From NCBI RefSeq assembly GCF_018977255.1, contig NW_024704743.1:43650001-43714000 (forward strand): a stretch of DNA of 64,000 bases, read 5' to 3'. The position numbers and the translations under genes are program-made. Positions 1 through 13,484 of this stretch are shown piece by piece. The stretch is from Callorhinchus milii. Taxonomy: Eukaryota. How positions within the stretch are numbered: position 1 is the stretch's first letter; each line of letters opens with the position of its first letter. Under the pieces are notes generated by a model, which searched no databases, was not told the origin of the DNA, and worked only from the letters and a program-made list of their open reading frames with translations.

Positions 1-989
1 CCAGAAGATAGCATGAAGCAGGCCATGTCCTGCAAGATAGTGCTGCCTCCAATTAAACAACAATGGATAAAGAAAGAAGCAAACAGCGGCAAAGGACTTG
101 CCGCCTAAAAGGAGCCAAGTCAAAACTGAATTGTTCCCTTGAGTTTATTAAATGTTCTTATTGTTGACTCTCATAGCAAAGAGAGAAGCCAAAACACAAA
201 CTCAAATTAACATTGATTTCTCCCAAACCTTCCCTGCAGAGTCGCTTTGCTCAGATGCCGACTCATTTTCGCTGACATTGAGTCCGATAGCTTTCACACA
301 AAAGCAATGTCAAAAGGTGAGTTAGCAGAAGGAACAGGTAATAAACTAAAAGAATTGCAAGTCATTCCACAGAATGCAATCACATTTCTCCAGCTTAACT
401 GCTGGCAGTGAAAAGACAGAACAAAGTGATAAATGATCACTTTCACTTTCTTTGAAGATAAACTTTTTAATTAACTTTTAAAAAGTTGAAGCAAATTGGC
501 TATACAAAGAACTAATGTGCATGGCAACAGGCCAGTCATATTCAGTAAATGTGACTGAAAATTGTACTCAAATTTTATGTCACTGCTAAACTTGGCCCAC
601 AGTCTTATCAGTATCAGGTAGCTGTTTAAGCATTATCAGGGTATTAAATAAAAAGCATGTGGAATTTTAAAAAATAAAAATTCAGTTTATCTAGCAAGGC
701 AAAGCCATAAAGAGAGGAGTGGTGGCGAGGAGTGGGGGAGAAATAAACCTTCTTGTGCTCATCAAGGTTTTAGAACTGCTAAAAGTGTCAGCTTCAAATA
801 CTCTCAGGTCACTATGACAAGAGGTAGATGCCCCAACAGGTGAGAAATTCCAACATCTAACCCAATACGTGACCAAATTCCCTTCAAAAGACCTGTTTTA
901 TCCCGACTTCCTGCTACACTTCCTCACATAATTGTGTAACAAACAATACTCTGTTATTTTGTTCAGTGAGGAACAGTCAGTCTTTGTCT

Positions 990-1596
990 ACAGTCCTATT
1001 GGTTAGAGCACTCACCTGGCAAGCAAGAGGCCCTGGGTTCGATTCCCAGGCAAGCAAAATGTTAGGCATGTTTCCTTACTCCACACGCCTCTATTTTCAC
1101 CCACTACACTCTGAACCTCTGGAACACTCTCCCTCAATCCCTCCGCATTGCCCCCTCTCTTCCCCTTTTCAAAACTTTCCTCTTCGACCGTGCTTATGGC
1201 CACCTTCCCTCACATCCCGCTCCGCCCCCCCCCACCCCTGGCTTGGGGTCAGGTTCCGCCACTGTTAAGTACTCTGAGATGCTACCCTGTATGGAGGGCG
1301 CTTATAAGGGCAAGTTGTTGTTGTTTATCCAGCATTAAATAATTGCCCGGCTGTTAGTTGATTGGCAGATTGCTTTTCCAGGGGTAATAATCCCTTCCAA
1401 AAAAAATGTTTTAAAATAATAATTTGGTTACTCAATCCATGACTGTTTGTGGGACACTGCTGTGCACAATTGGCTACTGAGTTTCGCCCACAAAATATGC
1501 AGTCAATTAACTTTACAGTATATTCTGTGAATCGCTTTGAGACATCTTGAAGACCTGATAAGGCGCATATCAAATGCAAGAATTATTATTATTATT
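990..1596 (+). mobile_element. Older long-subfamily SINE split by an L2 3' fragment (~1114-1326)
   Basis: tRNA head at 995-1060. The SINE body resumes at ~1329 (ccagc) after an L2 piece with a TTG tail and is colinear with the uninterrupted copy at 46890-47250. Confidence 0.88.
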
Positions 1597-4078
1597 TCAG
1601 CAGAAACCTGATGTACCTTTATTTTGCTTTATTAGACAATTGTGATTCTCCTGAGGTCCCAGATAAATAATGAGTTTGCAAAAGCTGGCAAGAGTTCTCT
1701 TGTTCCTCAGTTATTTCGAAATTCAGGGAGTTAACATCTATCATTTCAAAATGCCACAGAACAAAATAAGACATGGACTATTAGTCACTAAAACTTGACT
1801 GAATAATCTCAGAGACTGGTTTGATTATTGACTATGTGCAAGCTATTATCATTTGTGCTGGTTCATTGAACAAGGTTGAATGTACTTTATGGAGAAAAGA
1901 AAGAGCATAATTTATCCTGAAGTTTGATTATGTCCTGACTATCAGCACTCCCAGGTATTCATGCTTAAAAGCAAAGCTATATATGTTTGCAGGCTGCACT
2001 ATAGGGGCATATCTGGGAATTAGTTTTGAATGACCTATAACACGTGCCATTTCTGCACACTTCTTGAGTTCAACTTTAATCCCGACTTGCTCTTGTGCAG
2101 AATTTTATGCTTCATTAATATGGCTAGAAGCAAAGTGATATGCATAGAACTCTGAAATTAAGTATCTTTTGAAGAGATATTATTGAAGAACCAGTCATAT
2201 AAAAAATCCTTATGGAACTGTGGGGAAACAGAGCCAGATTCAATTCACTTTCCTTTCTGCATTCATGTTGTGAATACAAGAGCCTCCTGAAATTACTTCC
2301 TTAAGGTGGTGTTAGCAATGGGACATTATCGACATTCACTCCTGACCTGCAATGTTCAACCTGATTGATAGTGTACTTTCACAGTGAATTTAAAGCAGTA
2401 AAAAACAGCAATTGATTTTTTTCTTTCCGTTCACAATAGCAAAGGACTGAGTTGCTTACACTTGTAATTATTTTCAACTTCAAGCTGTCTTCTCCCTTGT
2501 TCAAAAATGTAAAATATAATTTTCTTTCCACATGCCATAAATTATCCAGCATATTGGGACATCTTCCCAACATGAAAGGCACTATATAAATGTAATTTGT
2601 TGTTGTTGTTATTCACTTACAAAATACACAGTCACTAAATTCTACAGTATATCATGTGAAGTGCTTTGAGTTGCTTCAAAGATGTGATGAACAAAGCAAT
2701 TTGTCCCTATGGTACTGTCTACTTCATGACAGTCTTTAGGAGGTGCATGGCAGTGACTCCTTGTACTTACTCTCCCCCTCCCCCATCACAGACCCTTTCC
2801 TACAATTCTCTCCCCCTTCTTGCCTGTTGGAAAGTAGTGTCCATCAATACGGCATAAATGGTACAAATTAACAGGTGAGAAATTGTCAATGTAAATACTT
2901 TATGTATTCAGATCTCATTAGGATTTATTCAAACTGATAATTTAGGCGTTGAAATGAAGGAAAACCTGAGCCGTGTTTGTTCTTGGCTCTAACTGATCCC
3001 TACCACAAGGCAGCCGCTCACATCACACCTTAAAATAGTGTATGGTCCATTTTCTGTCTGTAAATGTTTCCAGTGCTACCCCTTCCCGCTCCATGTAATA
3101 GCTCTCAGCCAAACAAGCTTGAAAGCCTGGCGAGAGAAATAGTTCCTGTCAGATGTTTCTAAATTTGAGGTTTAAAATCCATTGTGAGCTTTGAAGATCC
3201 AACATATGGTAGCAATCTATGGTTTGTTAGGTAGATAAGTAATGCAAATAATGTGAAGACACAGAGACAGAAACACACTCAACGATTATACCCCTGACCT
3301 CTGGAACTTCCTCTCTCTGTCTTTAAATCTCGCCTTACAACAACAACAACAATAAACAACAACAAATTTAATTTATATTGCGCCTTTCACGTCAGGAGGA
3401 CGTCCCACTTCAACCTACCTCTTCAACCTTTGCAATGTCGTGATGTGAAACATGCTATTATCAAACACAAGGATGTAACTTATTTTGTTGAGAGCAACAA
3501 GTTTTAAACCTACTTTGTACATATTTTGTCGATAGAAGAAAATAGGATTATATCAAAATAGACAACAACTTAATACCAGAAATATGTGAATGTCATAAAT
3601 TTGAAGTAAAAGCAGACCATGCTGGAAATGCACAGCATCTGAAAGTGTTGGGTGTGACCCTTCATCATATAGAATTATATAGAATCTATAGCATCAAAAC
3701 AGGCTATTCAGCACAAATATAGCCCATATTGGTGTTTAGACTTCATATGAGCCGCCACTGTTCCTAACCTCTTCTCTAGACTCTCTGAATATCCCTCTAT
3801 TTCCTTCTCCCTCATGTGCATTAGAGAAATGTGATAAAAAGACTGACATCTGAAGTGTCTTTCGCTTACCCATGTTCGTTGTCATGTTGTGCGTTTCCAG
3901 CGCTTCTTTTTTTAAACATTTAAATGGATTGTTTGACATCATTCCTATGTTTAGATCTTTAATGCCTAAAAGCAAGTCCCATTTTGCTGTAAATCCCAAA
4001 ACCTTGAATAGAATATCTTCAATGGAATATATGGATTTTCCACCCGCTCCTATAAGTCTGTTTATTTTTTAAACCATA

Positions 4079-4952
4079 ACAACGACAACAAAATTACATT
4101 TGTATAGCGCCTTTCATGTCAGGAGGACATCCCAAGGTGCTGAACAGACAGAGTTTTGGACTCAAGCTGAGGGTTGGGATTGGGGAGGGTGGAGAGCAGG
4201 GGGGGATGCAGGGAGATCGAAAAGCATGGTTGAAGAGGAGGGTCTTGAGATGGGTCTTGAAGGAGGCAAGGGAGGGGGCTGAGGTGGAGGGACTGCGGGA
4301 TGGAGTTCCAGAGGGTGGGGGCAAAGCGGCAGAAGGCCTGCCCGCCAATAGTGGGGCGAGCGAGGCGGGGTACGTGAAGCAGGCCGGAACCTGCTGAGCG
4401 GAGGGAGCGAACAGGATGGTAAGGGGTTAAAAGGTCACAGAGGTAGTGGGGAGCAAGGCCATGGAGGGCTTTGAAGGTGAGGACCAGGATCTTGAACTGT
4501 ATCCTCTATGTGATGGGAAGCCAGTGGAGTCAGGCGAGGATGTGAGTGATAGGGTCACGGACCCTGGTGCAGGAGAGGACACAGGCTGCAGAGATCTGGA
4601 TGATCTGCAGCCTATGGAGGGAGGAGTTGCGGAGGTTGACAAGCAAGGAGTTTGCATAGTCAAGTCCCGATGTAATGGAAGCGTGTATGAGAGCTTCGGT
4701 AGCCTGTGGAGTGAGACAGTTAGGCAAGGTTGCAGAGTTGGGGGAAGGCAGAGTGGGTCATAGCACATATGTGGGGTAGAAAAGATAGTTGAGGGTCCTA
4801 TAAGACCCCAAGGTTCTGGACTGGCTTGGTAAGGTGGAGTGTGCAACCATGGATGGTGATGCTGTCAGTGCCTAAGGTGAGGAGGCGCTGACGGGAGCCA
4901 ATCAGGAGAGCCTCAGTCTTGTTGACATTCAACTGAAGAAAATTAGCTCTCA
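4079..4952 (-). mobile_element. Decayed L2 3' fragment
   Basis: [30 protein letters not shown] and FKTHLKTLLF on the minus strand, plus L2 tail. Confidence 0.93.
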
Positions 4953-5734
4953 AGCATAATAATGATACTCCGCGGAAAGGAACACAATGTAAGACTAATA
5001 TAAATGGGGCAGCATTATAGGTCTTTATTGAGGTACTCAATGGTATTCATCATACAGTTTAAGAAGTGCTTAGTACCGCAAACCATTATCACCTTGATAC
5101 AGTGCCTCTTATCAGTTGCAACACAGTGACATTTGGCTCTACACAGACCTTAGTCTGGTAATAAGGACACCTTGGACCAATTTAGCAGATGCCATGATTT
5201 CCAGTGACCCATATAAACCAAACAACTGAAGGGTTTCTGTGCCTTTGGAGCAGGGCTTTCATGTGCATTTTGTGCTTTATTTCTTTACAATTGCTCCTTT
5301 CAGGGTGTGTGTGGAGGGGTTTACATTCTGTACCTAGAGCTTTAACTCCAGGTGCAGTATGTAACCCACCCCCTGCCCCCCCACTTATAGGAGCAGCGAT
5401 ATTGTGTGTGAACCGTGAAACGCATTCACATTAAATTATTCATCCGGCAGTGGCTAATTCTACATCATTCCACCAAGTGAACTACGCTTAGGAGCTCTGG
5501 GATTCAGATTCATTAACATTATACACTGAGAGTGGAAACAAAATTCTGTTCAGACTTTCAGCCCCAATAAAGTAATATCTTTATTAGAGCACCTGGATGT
5601 GAAAATGCGACTTGTTCAGTAACTTCAATTATAATCCAGCCTGATACTAACCTGATCATAATCCTATGTGTTTATTGCACATTTTATAGCAATGGAGTGT
5701 AAACAAATATAGTATGTAATAATTAAAAAGAGTT

Positions 5735-6135
5735 CTTGCATTTAATATAGATATCTTCATGTCAGGAGAATGTCTCAAAGCGCTTTACAGGATTTACCAT
5801 AAAATGTAGTGACTGGGTATTTTGCAGACGAATGGGGCAGCCAATTTTGCACATGGCTGTGTACCACAAAGAACCATGAAGTGAATGATTATTTTCATCT
5901 GGAGGACACTGGCCAGGACACCAGGAGCAATTCCTTTGAGTTTTCAAATAGTGCATGGGATCTTTAAAACTCTGTTAGGTCATGTTAGGCAGACATGACC
6001 TCAGTTTAAAGTTTAATCTGAAGAACGACACATCTGACAATGCAGTAGGTTCCCTCAGCACCATATTGAAATGTCAGCCTAAACATGGGGTTTAAATCCA
6101 TAACATTCTAACTCAGAAACTAGAGTGCAACAGAG
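5735..6135 (-). mobile_element. Old Deu-domain SINE
   Basis: Reverse complement of the Deu core (aaagatcccatgcactatttgaa..ggtgtcctggcca) plus tail. Confidence 0.78.
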
Positions 6136-6569
6136 TTTGAACATAAGTTCGATCTGACTGTTATCGCACAACTGTGCCATAACCCATAAACGAGCATACA
6201 TCTCTAATCTGCTCCACATGCTGGTCTGTCAAGTAGTGTGCTCTGTCGCTACCTTTAACTCCTTGTTGTAATTCTTAACTTGTGTGAAAACAATTGTTGC
6301 AAAAATGTAAAGCAAATATAAGGAGGTGTTTATGTTGGCGGTTGCGTTCATTTCTAACATATTTCAACAATGTTTCATTTGCAACAGTACACATTGGAGA
6401 GAAGTCTGTGTCTAAAATTAGGCAACTTATTCCTTTCTTCAACAAATGTTATCATTCCTCCTTCTGTCGCTCTGAGGAGCAATTACTATATTGTAACAGG
6501 CGACTGTTATATGTATGGCGACTATTTAGCAACAAAAACATTAGAGATTTTAACTCTAGGCTTCAAAGG

Positions 6570-6729
6570 TAAAAGGGCTCATCCTCCCATTCTCTGCTAG
6601 CTTCGATATGTCAAGTTAAAAGGGCTCATCCTCCCATTCTCTGCTAGCTTCGACATGTCAATTTATAATGAAGGAAGTTAATGAGATCACATGTATGTGA
6701 TCTCATTAACTTCCTTCATTATAAATTGA
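6570..6729. repeat. 47-bp tandem duplication abutting a perfect 35-bp-arm palindrome
   Basis: Tandem copies start at 6571 and 6618. Palindrome arms 6658-6692 and 6695-6729. Confidence 0.97.
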
Positions 6730-9726
6730 AATATCTGGCTCTTAAACTATTGGTGTGTGTAACACAATTGCAATATTGGGATATTTTCTGCCTTTACTGT
6801 TCTACGGTGTTCCTTCAGGCATGTAGCTCAGTTTTACATGTAATTAATACTCTTTGGCTTAACTAGTTATTATAATATGTCTTTCTTCTCAGCATGAAAG
6901 GCAAGGCTGCCTTGTCTAAATCTACCTTGGTTGTTATAGTCACATAACCTATATACTGACTATTACATCCACAATACCTCCATAAGGATGGTGGCAAATA
7001 AATAATTATGTTGGCCGATTTCAGCCATTTCCAACATATTCCAAAAAGTACTTTGGTGTATACGTTTTTTCACACTTAAGAGTGCCAACAAGAAACTGTT
7101 CACTGCCGTACAGACAGATGTGTGGAGAAGAAGAGACACACCCCATTAATGCTAAGGCAAAGTTACATAGTAATGGTCAGGCTGAGTTTATATTAAGATT
7201 AAAAATTACTAACATTTGTATTTAAGTCTAAAGTTACTCAAATCTAAAGTTAAATAATAATAATAATCCTTGCACTTTCTAAAAAGAGAAAAGTGTTTCT
7301 CCCAGTGTCCTAGCCAACAATCCCCCAAATACAAAAATTGGTCACTCATTCCATGGCTCTTTGTGGGACATTGCTAAATGCAACTGGCTGCCACGTTACA
7401 CTCACAAATTACACTGTCAATGCATTTTATAGTATATCCTGTGAAGTATTTTGAGATGTCTCAATGATCTGGTAAGGCACTATATCAAATGTAAGGATGT
7501 TATTACCATTAGGTGAACCAGATATTATGAGGGTGAAATTATGCTCTGATATTGTAAAGCAAATAGTGATAATTCTGATACTATACTTAATGAATAGAAA
7601 GTGCATGATTTTAGTGATAACATCACATTCAGAGCCAAACTTCTAAGCACACTATATCTCTATTCTGGTCTGTCTCTTTTCTACGAACATAGATTTTCTG
7701 CAGATGTTAAATCGGTCACTGCCTTATTCAATGCACCACGTGCAGTTGTCTGACTTATTTTCACTTTACGGCCTAATTTTTACACATTCAGATGATCTGA
7801 GCTTCTCCTGCTCCACATCATCGACTTGTGAAACAATTACCCTTTTGTGGTAAGCTGTCTCCTGTTTGCGCAATCTGCAAGCTACTGGTACTGTCAGGCA
7901 CCAGTAATTATTCATAGTTCATATCCTGGTTTCCGTCATTCGCAATGTTATCCAGGATATGACCGAAGTGTTCTGCACATTATAAATCACCAGTCGGTTG
8001 TCGTGTTTATAAATGGATTTGAGACACCTGTACATTCGTTACATTTTCCTCCAGGCTTTCCAAATCACAGTACTGTAGATCACCAGGTCAAGAGCCAAGG
8101 ATTGTAAGCGTGTATTCATTTCAACTAATCCATCATTGTCACTTACAGCATTGCTCAGAAGCACCTATATCCTGCTTTTAACGCTTTCACTGAAAGAGAA
8201 ATTATCTTTAACATTTAACAGGCTTGTATTTCCTTCAGAGCTTTCAACTTCTAAACCTGCTCCTCACCATTATGTTCCCGAATCATGTCACAAACCTCCT
8301 GTTAGATTTCATGTATACAACAGGTAGACACTGTTGTTGCTATTTCTACAAAAGAATGACAAGAATAGTGCATGATCTATTATATGTATATCTAGCTCTT
8401 GCTACATCTGACCTGGAAGTGTTAAAATTCTATCACTGGGTGCAAAGCAAGGTGATTGAATTCTATGTCATACATAGGCATCTCCTTAATCTACAGAAAT
8501 TTCACATTTGACATTTTTGCACAATTTCTTTGAATAAAAATTTTTTTTTTTAGAGAACTTGGCACATTGCTTCAATTGTGTCCTACAGTAATTTTCCACT
8601 AGGCACCTATAGGAAATATATAGGTTTCCTTATTTCTTAGCATATGCATAGTTTAGAAGTTATTAAACATTTGGTGCTCTGCAGGTCAATACCCACAAAT
8701 TGGGGACTATATACAGCAATCATAATGGATTGTTTAATTGGGAAAAGCTGAACTACGTTACACTGACTTGCAGGAACTTTGCCCAGACTCGCTCCACTTT
8801 TGGAGTGGATTTCCTGCAGGTCAGTGCGACATGCCTGATGCACTTCTAACTACTAGAAGGTGACCTTACCCTGATTCCATAAATAAGAAATGAGGAATCC
8901 TGGAGAGAAATTTTGCCTCAATCTAGATTTACTTAGTTTGAGCATTTCAGAATCACCAAAAAAAAGCATTTGGCAGCCTTAAATACAGCCTTAATTTTGA
9001 AATCAGTCTTCTTTCAGCGCCTTGGGACATGCTCCTGATTGTAAAAGGCGCTATACAAATGTATTTTGATGCTGTTGTTGTTCAGTCAGTTTCTTTTAAG
9101 AGTTTAAGAAAACTGATTTCAATATTAACACTGAAATCAACAATTTGCCTTTTGAACTTGAATTCAACAAGTTCTGGATGGTCTTATATGCTACATCGAG
9201 TAAATATAACCCAGGTAGAATTTCTCCTCACCCCATATTCCTTAAATAAGAATTGTGTGAGAAATTTGCGCCAAGGAGATGTCACTGTTTCAAGTATAAA
9301 AAGTACAGATTGAACCCGTGCATTCAGATTCCCATACAACATAATCTTCAGCGAGGACTGTTCTGCAAAAGTCAATATATGCCACTGTAAAAATATGTTC
9401 AGAGTCCCATGTGGGAAAAGGCTTTGTGACCTGTGATTGTTTCTGTAAACTCTAGGGAACCACTGAAGACAAGCTCTGCAGCAGCTGCTCCTAACGCAGC
9501 TCACATTCAAGCAAACCAAGACGTATGTTTATCACCAGAGTCCAATCATAACTAAAACTGACAGAGATATAACGTTTTATTACAATGGGCACATTCTGAA
9601 GCCCTTGGCAACTTGCCTTTCTCTTTATCAACACAGTGTTTGCAGACTATTCTCAAACCCTCTCCCTCCCCTCATTCCTCGAAGTTTGTTCTTATCAACC
9701 ATTCACAGTAGAAACAAAGGACTCAC

Positions 9727-9869
9727 CGCATTAAAATTCGGGAAAAGGCTGACCGCAGCAGCAGTGTCCAGTGGAAATGGAAGAAATGGTTTAACATCCA
9801 AAGCAGGCTGCATAGCTGGGACTGCCGGCCGCATTAAGGCAGAAAGAGCATTGCTTTGGCATGCGCTGC
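9727..9869 (-). CDS. znf385d: ZNF385D second coding exon, 143 nt (G)SACQSNALSALMRPAVPAMQPALDVKPFLPFPLDTAAAVSLFPNFNA
   Basis: Acceptor ttatttctcttctctgcag|GC and donor GCG|gtgagt. The peptide aligns without gaps to recalled human ZNF385D GGTCQSPALPALVRPPAPPLQPSLDIKPFLPFPLDTAAAVNLFPNFNA and is closer to D than to paralogs A/B/C. 22+143=165 nt = 55 codons. Confidence 0.95.
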
Positions 9870-10929
9870 CTGCAGAGAAGAGAAATAAGTCATCGTTTAC
9901 TTTGGTATGTTCATACAATGTGTTTTTTTTAGCATTTTGCGACGAGCTGAAGATGCAAGCCAACCGTTTTTTGTTCTCGGATAATAAATATTAAAAGACA
10001 ACACAACAAGAAACTGTTTCAGCAACCCATTTCAGGAAAAGCGTACCATCAGGATTACAGTGCAGTTACTGACAGAAGCACAGAATGAATAATAGCACAG
10101 ACAGACGCCCATTGCTGATTAATCCGTGGCACACCGAAAAAAAATATTTTGGATGGTTGTGCTCAGAGCAGCGTAACTCATTTGAGGTATACTGACAGAC
10201 AAGCTGATCTCTGTTGATAAAGCTGCACAGACTGCTCCCTACCCAGGGGTGAACTGAGACCTAGAAGCAGGAACGATTCCAAATCTGTGATGATCCCCAC
10301 TGAAATTAGGTTTTTTTTACACATTCTGTGGGAACAGTATGCAAATGAGCAGGAAATCACAATACATACTAATGAGCGGCAATGTGTTTACATAGAACTG
10401 CAAACCGTACATTTTGTTCGGCTCTTGCCAGAAGGCACGGTAGTATTCTCTCCGTCAGCTGCCAAGAATCGAGAAATGGTCACAGCCCTAAATAATGCAG
10501 CGGCTTCAATTCTTTTCCCAAGTATCGTCTCAGTATTAATCAAACACCGACCGAGTCCAACGTATAAGATTCAAACAATGACAAGCAAGACTGTAAAAGT
10601 TAACAACCTCCGTATCTGGGATGTAAGCAGTGAACTGTTAAAAGCTGCTGGTGATTTTCCAAGGCGTATCAAACTTGAATTGTGATGAGATATTTTTTAC
10701 CACAAACACATGGCTAGAATGTGAGACAACAATTTGGCTTGCTGGCTTGCTTCATTTTGTTTTGCTTTTTGCTGGTGATTCTGATTAGCCCGAGCAGAAC
10801 ACAATACATGCAATGAATAAGTACCCAGGATTGCATTCAGCATCAGTGATGGCTACAAAAGTAATGCATGCTCCTCATAACATGTTTAAGGTACACATTC
10901 CCACAACATGTACAGCATATTTAAATAAA

Positions 10930-11150
10930 ATAATCCTTGCATTTAATATACAGTAAACTGCTGATAATTTGTGTTCTGCAGGTAAATGGGGCTGTCAATT
11001 TGCACACAGTAATGTCCAACAAACAGCCATGAAGTGAGTGATCAATTGTATTTGGGGAATTCTTGGCTAGGACACCATGAGAAACTCCATTCTCTTTTTG
11101 AATAGTGCCATGGGATCTCTAATATCCATTTGAACAGGCAGACAGGAATT
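10930..11150 (-). mobile_element. Deu-domain SINE 3' part
   Basis: gaatagtgccatgggatct..tgaacaggcagac on the plus strand. Confidence 0.72.
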
Positions 11151-11559
11151 GAATGCAGATGGGGCCCTAGCAACTGAGGCTGGAGCTGTGTTGTGTGCAG
11201 ACCAAAGTGAGGGACGTCAGTAAGGGGAATGGAACACTTTTCTCCATTTTGGGCATCTAGTTTCATTGCCCCAAGTTCGGTGTAAAATGACTAGAGGCAG
11301 AGCAAAGGTTCTTCTACTCTTTTTTTACTCTAATTTGCAATATTTCTTAATAAGAAAAATATAATTTTCAAACCACTAAACCATTGAATGGGCTGACAGA
11401 TGCATTATTGAATTTCTAAAACATTATTGAATGTATCCGATGTTTCAGAAATTCAACAATCACATATTTCCTATTGAGAATCTGTTAAACCACAACGTTT
11501 CTTAACCTCTGGCTCTAAGAAATCACCTCTGCTACATGTGTATGGCATTTCTATTTGCT

Positions 11560-11783
11560 TTTCCACACCTGCCATTCCTGTGGCCTCCCTCAGTGTGTTG
11601 CCAGTTTTGTGTCAGGGCTGAATGATAGTTAATTTGGCGCTGTGAACTCATGTCTTTTAGCTACTGAGACAAACTTTCCAGCTAGCAAAGAGAGGAAACT
11701 TTCAACCCAGACTGGGTTGGAACTGATTCCAAGTCCCAGAGGTCAGTGGATATTGCTCTGAACCAATGAGCCTCCCAGCCCTC
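11560..11783 (-). mobile_element. Ancient tRNA-derived SINE, LF-SINE-like
   Basis: Minus strand: ggctgggaggctcattggt..acctctgggacttgg..aacccagtc..gaaagt..ctggcaacacactgagggaggcca resembles my recollection of the LF-SINE layout. Confidence 0.5.
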
Positions 11784-13437
11784 TATGGAAATACTGTTTA
11801 ATGTTTTGATGTTCTCAAATAAAAAGTGTTAAAATAGCAGACCTACATCAAACATTGAATTCATTTCCAAGATGGTGACATTTCCAGTCAGCTGTATCCA
11901 CCGTGTATATCAACAGCTGAGATGAAAGGTTGACTGACTGATCACTGGTTCTCTGACGCACCTCGTCCCAGCTTGGCTTGCCCTCACTATGATGCTTCCC
12001 ACTCCTCCCTGAGGCTACTGCCTCTCTCCCCCTTTCGACACACGGTTACAGCCACTGAGCTCCGGGTTATCCTCAAAGACTAACTTCACTAATGCTACAC
12101 GTTTGTTTCAAAACTCCAAAATAATCAACAATAACAATCCATGCACAAAGGAAATAAACCAAACCAAGGACCTCAGTGCTCACAGTGACTTTAGTTTAGT
12201 CTGTTTCTTTTCCCTCCTCCCAGAAGCTGGTAAGCAGGAGCGAAATAAACTGGTTACCTCCATATTACTGAACCTTAGCTCTGCTGGTAACTGCTCCAAG
12301 ATGTTACCCCACATGAAGCGCACTATAAAAATGCAAGTTGTTGCTATTGGTGTTGGTACATCTCAAGTATAGGAAGCAAAGATCCCTAGGGACATGAGGA
12401 GAATCATTTGCAATCCTCTGCACACAAACAACTATAAAGTATGACATGAACATAATGTTACTTCAATTACATTATACAGAAACGTATCACAGAATTTCTC
12501 TCCACAATGCAGCTTCCTCAATAGTGAAAACCTCATGTAATGGTGTGAGGGGTGTCAGAAGCCAATATGCCAATGGGCATCATTTCTCATTGTGTTTTCA
12601 GTTTCTTACTGGTTTTCTGCTGTCTCTTCTCTAGACTCCAGATGGCATGTAACACTCACAGCCAGGAGAATGGCAGCTGCCCTGACTGGGCCTCAGTGCC
12701 ACTGGTACATACCAGCCAGCAGAGAGGATGTGGGAGCAACCTGCACATAGCACGTCATTATTTTTCTTCAATCATTTCAGCAATGGACCACACAATGGGC
12801 CATAGCAAGTATCGACATGTATGTTAATAATCCTTACTTTTGGTAATAATAATAATCCTTGCATTTGATGTAGCACCTTATCACATTACCGAGATGTCTC
12901 AATGCGCTTCACAGAATATAAAGTGAAGTGACTGTATACTTTGTAGGCGAATAGCACCTTTCATGGCAGGAGGATGTCTAAATCGCTTCACAAGATATAC
13001 TGTAAAGTGCAGTGACTCTGTGTTTTATGGGCAAACATGGCAGCCAATTTGCACACAGCAATGCCCCACAAACAGCCATGTTGTACCATGTTGTAAAAGC
13101 ATAGATCAGAAAAGTTAAACTCTGAAGGGAGCAACTTTTATTTCAGAGGACTATCCTCCTGCTAAAAGAAGATTTGCAAAAGAATTGTTCGAGGGATCAA
13201 ATCAGTCAGTGACAGGCGTGTTGGTATCCTCATCAAGCACATTGGGGGCTAACTATCGCTTTTCGTTAAATATCTGACCTTTGGCAGAGAATATATATGA
13301 TCTCCATTTGCCAGTAAAATTAAACTCTGGCAGTTCAGGATTTTGCAGCCCTGATAAAATGTGTAAAAACGAACAAAAAGACTCACGAGTGGTAAAGTTT
13401 GCGGCATTTCAAAACTAATATCGGTGTTAACTATCGT

Positions 13438-13484
13438 CCACCAGGTGGCAGCGCAACCTTTCAGAACCCAGCGCCCGCCATATT
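13438..13484 (+). promoter_or_regulatory. Candidate CTCF site plus adjacent YY1 site
   Basis: CCACCAGGTGGCAGC (13438-13452) fits the CTCF core CCASYAGRKGGCRS. CCGCCATATT (13475-13484) fits YY1 CCGCCATNTT. CpGs are locally retained. Confidence 0.55.

Larger units (their letters stand above)
1..9726 (-). other. znf385d: znf385d next intron (continues beyond the left edge of the window)
   Basis: Starts GTGAGT at 9726. The expected next exon (MDPxQKAVINHTFG...) was not found in 1-9726. Confidence 0.8.

Noticed and set aside
7918..7961. 11-bp stem hairpin (tcatatcctgg/ccaggatatga) as a pre-miRNA
   Set aside because: Stem too short, with a 22-nt loop and no match to a miRNA I recognise.
10287..10685. 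132-aa plus-strand ORF near exon 2
   Set aside because: No homology recognised, non-ATG start, antisense within an intron.
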